From: Phoronis australis
Taxonomy: Eukaryota > Animalia > Phoronida
DNA: 64,000 bases
Direction of reading: 5' to 3'
Assembly: GCA_002633005.1 (NCBI GenBank)
Contig: NMRA01000275.1
Location: 250,732-314,731 of the forward strand
Shown here: piece after piece, positions 40,301 to 49,500 of the stretch
Layout: each line of letters starts with the position of its first letter
Position numbering within the stretch: the first letter of the stretch is position 1
Notes under the pieces: model-generated
Told to the model about the DNA's origin: nothing
The model's database searches: none
Seen by the model: only the letters and a program-made list of their open reading frames with translations
Made by a program: the position numbers and the translations under genes

Positions 40301-40897
40301 TTGAAGTCAAATGGAATCGCAACATCACCGTTCAAAATAAAGTTGTTACAGAGTTTTTGTTGCATAAATGAGGAAACCCTTCATGTTAAGAGTGGTTTGT
40401 TTACCCAAATGGTCTTTTGTCTACTTTCTGATGTTTTTGCCACGATACAATCTAATAGTACATGGGCGGCACAGCCTGGCCTTTATCCAGGATTTCGAAA
40501 ATAGGGTGTCCAAAATGTAGTTGCCAATATTCCAGGGCGTCCATGATTCCGACACGTAACCCCCGCCCCCCGGACCTTTCACCAGCAACTTTGATGTTTT
40601 AGTAAGTGTGAGGCTAAACAGCTTCCGTGGTATGAACTGTCTGCAGGAGCTACATCGTCTCTGTTGAGACAACTACGCCTACACTACACAGACGGTCGTC
40701 GGTGGTCACTGACATTGTCAGACTACTAATAGTTACGATATTTGTATCTATTCACATTAAGAAACTTTCAATTCAATTCGTTCATATCACATACCGTTCT
40801 CTTTTGCTTCTGTCGCTGTGTCACTTGAAAATACAATTCGTTTCTTATCGCGGGATTTTTTTTCTTCGGCAACAGCAACGTCGGTCTCAGTCGCCAT
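4294..40897 (-). CDS. PHACTR: Phosphatase and actin regulator (PHACTR family), 13 coding exons, 562 aa
   Basis: Exons 40795-40897, 28876-29010, 26989-27090, 19670-19906, 17523-17765, 15246-15507, 10840-10943, 10360-10513, 8835-8890, 8238-8299, 6868-7005, 5894-5970, 4294-4309. All introns are GT-AG with compatible phases; total 1689 nt. Contains [13 protein letters not shown], four RPEL repeats and the diagnostic C-terminus FSDYVEV...[13 protein letters not shown]...[29 protein letters not shown]. Confidence 0.95.
5277..5330. repeat. Short tandem repeat, 15-bp gccaaaactgagat(c/t) x about 3
   Basis: Directly visible; explains the KTEIA repeats in ORF 5285..5647. Confidence 0.85.
5894..5970 (-). 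CDS. PHACTR: PHACTR exon 12
   Basis: [25 protein letters not shown]; ttccag acceptor, gtactt donor. Confidence 0.95.
6057..6550. mobile_element. MITE, hAT-like, 13-bp TIR and 6-bp TSD
   Basis: cagggcttggaat ... attccaagccctg, flanked on both sides by attttg. Confidence 0.9.
6868..7005 (-). CDS. PHACTR: PHACTR exon 11 (RPEL4 and PP1-binding segment)
   Basis: [46 protein letters not shown]. Confidence 0.97.
7770..8090. mobile_element. Degraded fragment of the HINE-like family
   Basis: aaaatagccactagggggcag and ccaaatttcacgaatc match the internal unit. Confidence 0.55.
8238..8299 (-). CDS. PHACTR: PHACTR exon 10
   Basis: [20 protein letters not shown]; ttttag acceptor, gtactt donor; phases 1/0 fit. 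Confidence 0.9.
8835..8890 (-). CDS. PHACTR: PHACTR exon 9 (RPEL3)
   Basis: [18 protein letters not shown]; ttttcag acceptor, gtaggt donor. Confidence 0.95.
9715..10088. repeat. Minisatellite, 53-bp unit x7
   Basis: cactcat(g/a)catacatactaagtgttgctttatcacatacacacaataacatat, near-identical copies. Confidence 0.97.
10360..10513 (-). CDS. PHACTR: PHACTR exon 8 (RPEL2)
   Basis: [31 protein letters not shown]...EIGTKLFR; canonical splice sites. Confidence 0.97.
10840..10943 (-). CDS. PHACTR: PHACTR exon 7 (acidic)
   Basis: cttctag acceptor, A|gtaagt donor; [34 protein letters not shown]; phases 2/1 fit both neighbours. Confidence 0.9.
11722..13549. mobile_element. Non-autonomous Tc1/mariner-pogo-like DNA transposon, copy 1
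   Basis: TA flanks; imperfect TIR ccatacactcacaggttaa / ttaacccacgagattacag; subterminal gggcgattaccc repeats; colinear with 44478-45929. Confidence 0.85.
14344..14955 (-). mobile_element. Penelope-like element fragment (GIY-YIG endonuclease remnant) with inverted terminal pseudo-LTR pieces
   Basis: [30 protein letters not shown]; about 70-bp inverted repeat 14344-14417 versus 14886-14955. Confidence 0.85.
14384..14428 (-). ncRNA. Minimal hammerhead-ribozyme-like motif in the Penelope terminus
   Basis: auc UUGAUGA u GUCUA acgaa UAGAC GAAA cguu gau: core-like motifs, 5-bp helix II, short helix I, palindromic AACGUU in place of helix III. Confidence 0.55.
15246..15507 (-). CDS. PHACTR: PHACTR exon 6 (Pro/Asp-rich)
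   Basis: cttacag acceptor, AG|gtgag donor; DTPPPVP...[21 protein letters not shown]. Confidence 0.9.
17523..17765 (-). CDS. PHACTR: PHACTR exon 5 (Ser/Pro-rich linker)
   Basis: ccctag acceptor; donor G|gtaggt. An alternative same-phase donor gtgaat would shorten the exon by 9 nt. Confidence 0.8.
19670..19906 (-). CDS. PHACTR: PHACTR exon 4 (acidic linker)
   Basis: tttttag acceptor, gtgagt donor, phase 1/1, open frame DKVDETD...HTYENV. Confidence 0.85.
21210..22735 (+). mobile_element. 5'-truncated, inactive non-LTR retrotransposon (CR1/L2-group RT) with 3' UTR and (AATA)n tail
   Basis: [28 protein letters not shown], degenerate YGDNT (for YADD), FKYLG; frameshifts after about 21960; tail aataaataaataaat at 22717-22735; antisense in PHACTR intron 3. 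Confidence 0.93.
26989..27090 (-). CDS. PHACTR: PHACTR exon 3 (RPEL1)
   Basis: [21 protein letters not shown]; tttcag acceptor, gtgagt donor. Confidence 0.95.
28876..29010 (-). CDS. PHACTR: PHACTR exon 2 (basic NLS-like motif)
   Basis: ttttcag acceptor, G|gtaaat donor; [22 protein letters not shown] is a conserved PHACTR N-terminal motif. Confidence 0.95.
30750..31690 (+). repeat. Identical direct repeat of about 135 bp (30750-30884 and 31556-31690)
   Basis: tttgtacctgttatcggg...tcactataaaac occurs twice; the first copy ends at the single N. Confidence 0.95.
30886..31554 (+). mobile_element. Partial non-autonomous element ending in a short hairpin (Helentron/Helitron-like end)
   Basis: Internal duplications (ttttcgagttatt; agactgtagcct...ttaatttcgccaag); terminal cgctcc-tc-ggagcg hairpin before a T-rich site. 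Confidence 0.55.
31812..32612. mobile_element. Degenerate MITE with subterminal aagttaccc / caacttg repeats
   Basis: Weakly complementary ends (tacagcctaccc..gaacaacttg / caacttgttccgaggtaagtctgtgtg). Confidence 0.4.
37830..38815 (-). mobile_element. Same HINE-like family, truncated copy
   Basis: Starts aacaagagcaacgttgaaatgcgccc as at 54427; tandem units of about 140 bp containing gccactagggggc. Confidence 0.8.
39355..40712. mobile_element. Same foldback family, split by nested insertions (about 39730-40585)
   Basis: Left end cagtgaccaccgtctct, right end ggtggtcactg; the arm resumes at aactttgatgttttag (40588). Confidence 0.7.
40795..40897 (-). CDS. PHACTR: PHACTR exon 1 ([34 protein letters not shown])
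   Basis: ATG in gaaATGG context; donor G|gtatgt; phase 1 joins exon 2 as GAA; lies next to the promoter-like region. Confidence 0.75.
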
Positions 40898-41249
40898 TTC
40901 TCTGTCTGCGACTTCCTGTTTACTTTTTCCACATCGTTCATTTTCGTAAATCAGGTGCTTTTTACGGAAAAACACGATTGTGTTTTAACTAGGTTTTCAG
41001 TGTCAATCACCAAGATATAATATTTTTAAGCTTACTGGAATCTTTGCTGTTTTATTCTGTGAAACAAGACGGTCTTTAAATTGGATAACACAATCTTAGT
41101 AATTACGGACATTTCCGATTTCGCAACGACGTCTCGTGACAAATACGTCACATTCTTCGTCATTTCTTCGAACTGTAAACACCAAGTCAGGGTTTTCCTA
41201 ACGTACGAACAAACTTTAGTAGAGGTTTATTCTGTTTCGAGAAGTCGCA
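40898..41249. promoter_or_regulatory. Probable bidirectional promoter and non-coding first exon of syntenin
   Basis: PHACTR ATG at 40897 on minus; strong plus-strand donor gca|gtaagt at 41250; locally CpG-rich; ETS-like acttcctg (40911) and CRE-like gacgtc/tacgtca (41128-41150). Confidence 0.6.
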
Positions 41250-41336
41250 GTAAGTACATGTTTTTGTTGTTCGTGATTGAGAGAACAGTTTCCGGGGCTA
41301 TTTGCCCTCAAAACTTCTCAAAGGGAGAATTTGAGA

Positions 41337-43385
41337 GCTAAAGCTAAAGTGATCACCATCTCTAGCTGGCCTAGGCAATGGCAATGGCCATCGCCACATC
41401 GCCTCTGTTGGCCCGAACTAGGCAATGACCATCGCCTCTGGTGGCTTGAACCAGAGGCGATGCAGAGGCTATAGGCGCTCTGTACGCCGGAAGCTTTTCG
41501 GCGAATTATGCCTCGCACCGACTAAACCATCAAAGTCACGTTGTTATAAATACCTTTTGCTCATAGAGGAACACCTTAGGAGATTGTCGATGTGTTTAAT
41601 TCCTTCCAACTCGAACAAATACTCCCGTTATGAAACTTTTTCTTCGAGCAGTCCCTACTTCAGTTCCCAAAATCGTGTAATCAACGTTTTCATTTTTTTA
41701 ACCAGGCCGATGGTCAGAAGTTGCAGACCTACCGGTGAACTTTGAAAGCTGAAGTTCCCACCCTTCGCGTACGTGCTGCCGGGAACCAGCCGTGCATTTG
41801 CCGTGTTGTTAAACATTAAAATGTCAAATATGTGCACAAAGACTACTAAATGTCATATCAACAGCATTTATTTTTATCAAATACAAACAATAATTCATTG
41901 AAATACAATCAGTTTCAAGTAACGCCAATTAAAGACAAGTCTAAGTGGTGGCATTTTGGAAACGAACATGTGACTGACAAGACCGCAATGGCTCACCTTT
42001 GGCCTACTTAAAGATTGAGGTCATGAAGTCACATCACCTAGCGAGCGCGGTAAAAATTGGAGCGTGCGCAGTATAAAAATGGTGAGTTCACGATTTTGGG
42101 AACTGAAATAGGGACTGCTCGAAGAAAAAGTTTGATAATGGGAGTATTTGTTCGAGTTGGAAGGAATTAAACACATCGACAACCTCCTCAGGTGTTCCTC
42201 TATGCGCAAAAGGTATTTATAACAACGTGACTTTGATGGTTAAGTCGGTGCGAGGCATAATTCGCCGAAAAGCTTCCGGCGTACAGAGCGCCTATAGCCT
42301 CTGCATCGCCTCTGGTTCGGGCCAACAGAGGCAATGGTCATTGCCTATAGCTGGCCCTGTGGTTGTGGCAGTGGCAGTAGAGACGGCGGAGCTCCCGTAG
42401 CATAGGCATAGGAGCTTCGTACGCCGGAAGCTTTTCGGCGAATTATGCCTCACACTGACTAAAACATCAAAGTCACGTGGTTCTAAATACCTTTTGCGCA
42501 TAGAGGGACACCTTAGGAGGCTGTCGATTTTAATTCAAATTATCAAACTTTTTCTTCGAGCATCTAGTCCCTCGTTCAGTTCCAAATTCCAATATCAGTA
42601 ACTCGCCATTTTAAGCATTGCGTGTGGCAAGTGGTATGACGTCATATCCCCTGGCGTGTGCAGTGTAAAAATGGTGAGATGCCGATTTTCCGAACTGAAA
42701 GTAGGACTTCTCTAAGAAAAAGTTTATTCAAGTTGGAAGGAATTAGATACATAAGCGTCCTCCTAAAGGTCTCCCTCTATGCGCAAAAGGTATTTATAAC
42801 AATGTCACTTTCAATTAAACGGTTAACGGACTCATAAACACGGTCACGGACGCATGAACATGACTCACGGACCTACAAACACCGTCCACTGACTCACAAA
42901 CACGGGAACGGACTCACAAAACACGATCCATTCACCCAAATACACGGGACACGGACTCATTTTCACAAGGAAACATGGTTAACGGACCGCTAAACTCGGT
43001 TCACGGACTCATCGGCTTCCTCGGTCAGCTGACATCTACATTTTGTCCGTAAACCATGTTTGGTGGTCTATTAACAATGTTTCTTCATGAATGTGAGTCC
43101 GTGTCTCGTGTATTTGGGTGAATGAATCATGTTTTACAAGGCCGTTCCCGTGTTTGTGAGTCAGTGGACGGTGTTTGCAGCCCAGTGAGTCGTGTTCATG
43201 CGTCCGTGACCGTGTTTATGAGTCTGTTAACCATGTAGTTTAGGCACCTTGACTTTGATGTTTTAGCCAGTGTGAGGAATAATTTGCCGAAAAGCTATCA
43301 GCATATGAAGCTCCTATACCTGAGCTCCATCGTCTCTACTGGAGTACTGGGCCAGCTAGAGACGGTGATCACTGTCTGGCTTAGC
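41337..43385. mobile_element. Composite foldback/palindromic MITE in syntenin intron 1
   Basis: Termini gtgatcaccatctctagctggcc / ggccagctagagacggtgatcac; inverted arms 41420-41690 versus 42075-42350; second palindrome about 42380-43340. Confidence 0.85.
42814..43239. mobile_element. Nested palindromic MITE (about 430 bp) built of cacggactcacaaacacgg subrepeats
   Basis: ggttaacggactcataaacacggtcacggacgcatgaac is mirrored by gttcatgcgtccgtgaccgtgtttatgagtctgttaacc; it interrupts the host arm. Confidence 0.85.
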
Positions 43386-43507
43386 CAGTGTACTTAACCT
43401 ACCAAGTTGTGATTGCTTTTGTAAGGTAAAGCTTTCCTAATGCTGTACTTGCTTAGCAGTTGCACTTTGTTCTTAAAAGAATTTTATTTTTCAGGCAAAC
43501 CATCGAA

Positions 43508-43558
43508 ATGTCACTTTATCCATCACTTGAAGATATGAAAGTGGACCAAATGGCCCAG
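43508..43558 (+). CDS. SDCBP: Syntenin first coding exon (acceptor at 43494)
   Basis: [17 protein letters not shown]|gtacag. Confidence 0.95.
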
Positions 43559-46500
43559 GTACAGACATTTTTTATGCAACTAGTTCCCTGGTACCCCATT
43601 TGGCATATAAGGACATTCATTTTTTAGTGAAAATGGACATCTCTGACCCTTTAAACCCAAAATATCCTCCCTGAAATTGCACAGTGGTCAGAATTGCTGA
43701 AAACCCATGGTAGGATTGTTGTAGACAGTGACCACCATCTCTAGTTGGCCAGTAGTCGTGGCGCAAAGCTGTATACTAAATTTACAGCTTTGCACCCATG
43801 TGGGTAGAAAACTGGCCACAAAATTAATGTCATTAAAAACCTCTCTTCCGGCCCGTAGCCAGGGGAGTTAGGAGGGTTCGATCGAACCTCCTCCCCGCGG
43901 AAAGGTCCAGCCCCACCATATTCTTTATGATATGATTTAGATGAACAACATTATCAACAAAGTGTTAGAGTTATTGCTGGTACCACTAAATGCAATAATA
44001 ATAATAATAATAATTTCAAAATTGGTTCTGAATCTTATCGCTTTTAAATACGTAATCACCGGGGCCGTACCAGCCAACTTCGCCAAATGGCCATGTGTTT
44101 GCATACCAGATTACGGGTTCGTGCAGACGACTGTTAGCGGACGCTTTATGTTAGTGACATTCATACAAGAAACTACCATGTTGAATGTGCAAGGTAACTC
44201 GGGCCTAGAACTAAATGTCTATACTTATATAGCAGCGAGAGGCCCCAATTAGTAGTGTGTAAATGGCTTAAAATGACCCACAAACAAAACGGCATGAGAT
44301 TGGCTTCTTACTTGATTTTTTGGTATTGTTGGCAGCATATAATGATGTGCAGGCTTTTTAATTTTCAAATTGAATGAAAGTGACCGTACAATATGTTGTT
44401 CATCCAGTGCATGCTTTGGTTGTGGATTGCTGGATTGACGTGCATGTGATGTGTGCGTTTTCATTCTTTTAAATATGCTGTAAACTCTCAGGTTAACAAC
44501 CTGGGTACTTAAATTGGGAAACCCTGAGACGGGAGTGGGCGATTACCCAAGCGGTGGGCGCTTAAACTAAAAAATTGGTAAAAAGTCGGGGGTGGGCGCT
44601 TACGTCCCAAGTTTTAGCCGAATTGGGCAAGCTCGCGGAGTGTTCATTCGTGCACCGAACTAGTAAGTTTGGTCAAGAAGTGGGACCTGACAACCACAAG
44701 GTTTCTCAAGGCTCAAACAGAAATGGGATTTCGACTTTGAAAGGGTGATTTCGCGAGAATGTTGCTAAAAACTCTGATGTTTTCAAATATATTAGCGTGC
44801 TGCAAAATGTCACACCACTGAGCTTTATGAAACTCAACTGACACTCTATTTACTGTATCAGCAAGTACTGTTTCAGATCAGCGAACAGGACTACATTTCG
44901 TTTGCAGCACCATTGTATTGCTAGTGTTGTTCATACGACTGTGTTTAGTTGGAACCTTTCCAGTCTCGTCGTTGTTAGTGTCGTCTGTGTTAAACCCGAT
45001 AAACTATTGATTCACTCTTAAGTTTATTTGGCACTGGATTAAAAACACGGACAATTCATTCCTGGCCAAAACGAACCGTTTGAAATTACAGCGAGATGGT
45101 GCGTCAGTATTTCTCAGTTTAAATCTGGGGAAATAAATCTATCAACATCCCGCGCTCTATGCTTACAATTACAATGAGAGGGGGGTTTGATTAATTGGTC
45201 AGTTCAAGTATGGGTTGACCCAGGAAATAAAGCTATCACAATCACGTGCTCTATGCGTGCCATTATGTCAAGAGGGGTGAATTCAAATCTGGGTCAACCC
45301 AGGAGAAAAGTCTAGCAAAACCAACTGCTCTGTCAATGTTTCGAAGTTTTACCTCTTCTAGCCAAACACTCAAAAAACTTGATCTACTGAACTTGAAAAC
45401 GCATCGGAAAGGGTGCCTGATACAAAAAAAAAATTTAGACTAATATTATAAGTAGGTAATTCAAAAACTTGTCACCTAGACAAATCTACGTTGGTGACGA
45501 CCACAATATCTCGTAGTAGACTAGCGTTACTTCTATAAAAATCTATTGAGTAGGCCTATATTAATTTAACAAAAGATCAGTTGATACGTTTAAAAAAGGT
45601 GTTTGCTGCGCTTGAAGTATTCCACTAACGCCGGGTGAAAAACGTACTTTTCGAGTCAATTGTACACAGGTGTAAGCACACCGCGTTTCCGTAAACACGG
45701 AAGTCTGAGCCCGAGGCAATGCTGTGAACAAAGGCACGGGTTCAAGTGCAAGTTCTGTAAGCAGTAAGTTGAGGATGAACGATTACCCAAGAGGTGGGCG
45801 CTTATGTGGAAATTAGCACAAAGTAAGGGATGGGCGATTACACAAGCAATGGGCGCTTAAACCGAAAATTGACCGAAAGTCGGGGATTGTCGATTACCTG
45901 AGCATGGGCGTTAAACCGCGAGTTTACGGTAGTACTCATAACTTCTGTAGGAAGCCCTCTGTCATTACCGTTTTTGCCAGTAACTGTCATGGCATCCTCA
46001 TTTCTTGGATTAGGCCTACCCATTCTGTCTTATCTCAGGAAAATGGAGACGTCAAGACTTACCGCAGTGTATACCGATTTCCATTCTGCCGGGTTTTGCT
46101 GCCTAAGGGTGCTACTGAGAAAATGGCGGACGTTTTGCGAAATGTGATCAAAACGTCCACCGTTTAAGAAATTTGAACCACCCTCCGCTCATTGCTGGCT
46201 ACGGGCCTGCTCTTCCATGTGTAAACTAAATTATTTAACGGTGTTGGAAAAATTGGCGTTCTACCGTTATTCTGCATCGGCTTTCAGCACCATGAAATAT
46301 TGCATCACCTATTGGCCAGTTTCTTTTTTCCCCGATTCTTCAATCAACTGTTATTCTTCCGTGAGGTTGCGTAGATGTCACAACAAATTATCGGAACTGG
46401 TTTCATTTAGTTACAAGTTTTTAGTATTTTCCAGCAAATCGAGTTTCAGAATCAATTTTGCTGCTGCGAAGCTGTCATAACCTCCTGAGAGATGTTGCAA

Positions 46501-49500
46501 AATTTTAGGAAATAGTGCGTGCGCATGACACAAGCGTACTGTTTTCAAAACGACGAAATACTTGTCAATGTTACAAAACGCGAAGAATTATGCAAGAAAA
46601 TTACGTTTATAGATTGTTTTTCATTTAAACGGCTGTAACGAGCAAGGCGAGTGTTGGCTGATTCACAGATTTTGCATGCACCCTGCACGGTCTTTAGCTC
46701 TACATGTTGATGCAAGTTTCATGGCGAGATGACGAGCAGAACTACCCTGGATGTGTGCAATTTCGAGGTCTGTCGGCAGTGAACACACAGTGGTACCTAG
46801 CTGTATTTTGACTATAGTCTTCATACAGGTAGCTGGTTGTCGAGATGGCCAGTAGAGATGGTGGAGAATTATGCCTTACACTGATTAAAACAACAAAGTC
46901 ACATTGTTATGCACATAGAGGGACATCTTTGGAGGCCGTCGATGTCTTTTATTGCTTCCAACTCGAACAAATACTCCCATTATCTAACTTTCTTCGAACA
47001 GCCCTTCATTCAGTTCCCAAAATCGGAAACTGGCCATTTTTACACAGCGCTTGCCAGGGCATATTACGTCATACCACCTGCCGCCCGCAGTGTTATAAAT
47101 GGTCAGTTTCCGATTTTGGGATCTGAATGAAGGAGTGCTTGAAGAAAAAGTTTGATAACAGGATTATTTGTTGGAGTTAGAAGGAATTAAAGACATCGAT
47201 GGCCTCCTAAGGTTACCTCTCCGTGCAAAAGGTACATGTAACACTGTCTAGCATTGTTGCAGCCCAAACTGATGCCTGTACCAAACTGATTTGGTGCTCT
47301 TCAATTTGGCGCCGGTTGGGGAGCCAAACTGAAGCTGCCTCTGGTTTATGCTTTTTAATTGTTTTCAGAACAAAAATTCACGACAATGTGTGCAGAATGG
47401 TGCATAATACTATCTCAGTATACTATCCATTTGATTGATTCTTAAGCATTAATAACATACTCATTATCAACAATTTCAGTCCTGATATAAGTTTAAAATT
47501 CATAAAATACTGGCAGCAATTTGCGAACTTGTGGTGGCTTCAGTTTGGCGCCAGCATAAGTTTAGGCCGCAACAGGATATTTTGCTTGAGAAGGATGACA
47601 TACATAACTGCGTTCAACAACTTGAGAAAACGTGTACTTCAAACAGAAGCTGTAATTGTGAAATGTAAAGTGTAAATAACCGAAAGAACAAACCAAAATT
47701 GATTCAGTTTAACAATAAACTCATAAAATGGACAATTTTTAGTTTATACAGTTCAAGGTTGGTCTTAGCATGATGCCAATCTCATTGAAGTAATCTTAGT
47801 TTCATCAACTAGAAAAAGTAACTAGAAGTGAATTGCCTTATTTCTTAGAGAAGTTCCTGAATTTTTTTGCTCCTGAATAGTGTCTATTTCGATTGAGTTA
47901 AATTTGAAACCAGCCAAATCGTGATTAATGTCACTTGTCTTTTCACCTAGGCCCAGGTCCAGTATCATCAGGCAGCTCAACAGGCAGTCCAGTATCCCGG
48001 TACCATGCCACCCCAGACCACACCTGCTGCTGTTCCGGGCACTTCTTCCCTTTACCCATCCCTGCAGGATTATATGGGACTTGACCTTTCACCAGATGTC
48101 ATTGCGACCAACATGCCAGTCGTGGCAGCCCACCCAAGTACAGCTGTATCTGTGCGACAGACGCAAGCCGGTCAAATGCAAGTGGCGCCAATATCTGGCA
48201 ATGATGTTGGCATCCGGCGTTCAGAAATTAAGCAGGGCATCCGTGAAGTAGTGCTGTGCAAGAATGAGAAAGGCATGATTGGTCTACGTGTTCGCTCTGT
48301 TAATAAGGTGAGTCTCTGTTCATTCTGGAGAATAGGTTCTTCATTGGTCTCTTGAGGCATTGTATATAAAATGTTCACTTACTTAGAGACTATTCAATGG
48401 TGATGGTGTAATTCACGAGGCCTCAGATGGGATTTGCCCAGGTGTTTAGGTGGAGATGTGTCTAGACACTAGAGTGAAGTTTGCTGCAAGCAACAAACTA
48501 ATTTCAGTTTACTTTCACTTGTTCTCTGACCTGTTGTAGCAATTTAAGGTGCCCAAAACTGTCATTTTCACATCCAGAACAATCTCCTTAAAAAATTCCA
48601 TTCATTTGATGTGCATCTTCCTGTCAGATTTTTAAATAAGACAGACTACCTCTTCTTATTCCAGGGTCTATTTGTTGCACTTGTGCATGAGAACACACCG
48701 GCCTCCATGGGGGGTCTTCGGTTTGGTGACCAGATCCTTCAGATCAATGGTCAGAATGTCGCTGGGTGGGATACAGACAAGGGCATGACATTCCTGAAAA
48801 AGGCTGCACCAGAGAGAATCACATTCGCCATTAGAGACAGGTAGGGTTACGAGACTTTAGTGGTATTATCTCAGGAGGTAGAAACAACACCATGGTCGCG
48901 TCTCTAAATTCCAGTGATGATCCTATATATATGCCAGTCCAGGACCAGCAGAAATGAAACACAGGGTACAAATTCAGGGACTCTCTCCTAGGCTCCACTC
49001 ATGCCCTGAAAGTTAGGTGGTCAGTTTTCAGCGCCACCTACCTTTCACCATGACCTTGAATTGAGATCAGAATGCCATCAGATTAAACCTGTTGTGCAGT
49101 GGGATATTCGTCTCTTAGTTTTTCATTTGTGGCCATTTTGTGATATCAGCCTATTTCATTTACTAAATCATCTTGAGTTCTAACTCGGCAATGGTAATTT
49201 GATGTCATGATGATCGCAAAACATCATGAATTTGCTGGACAGTTCTGCTCCGTGAGATCTACATCTAAGTAACCGACGAACTGTAGGTGGCACTGAATAT
49301 TGTGTGCCAAATACTCTATAGCCGTCTAGCCACAAAACTTATGCTTTTTCTACATTGCCACTTTATCAGATTTAGGTCACACTGACTGCAAGTGTTCTGA
49401 GCATGGAGTTTATTCTCAGTTGGTAGAGATTTTCCATATGCCCACAATGCATTCCTTTCACCTTCCTGTCTCCAATCTGCACATAATTCGGCTAGCTGCT

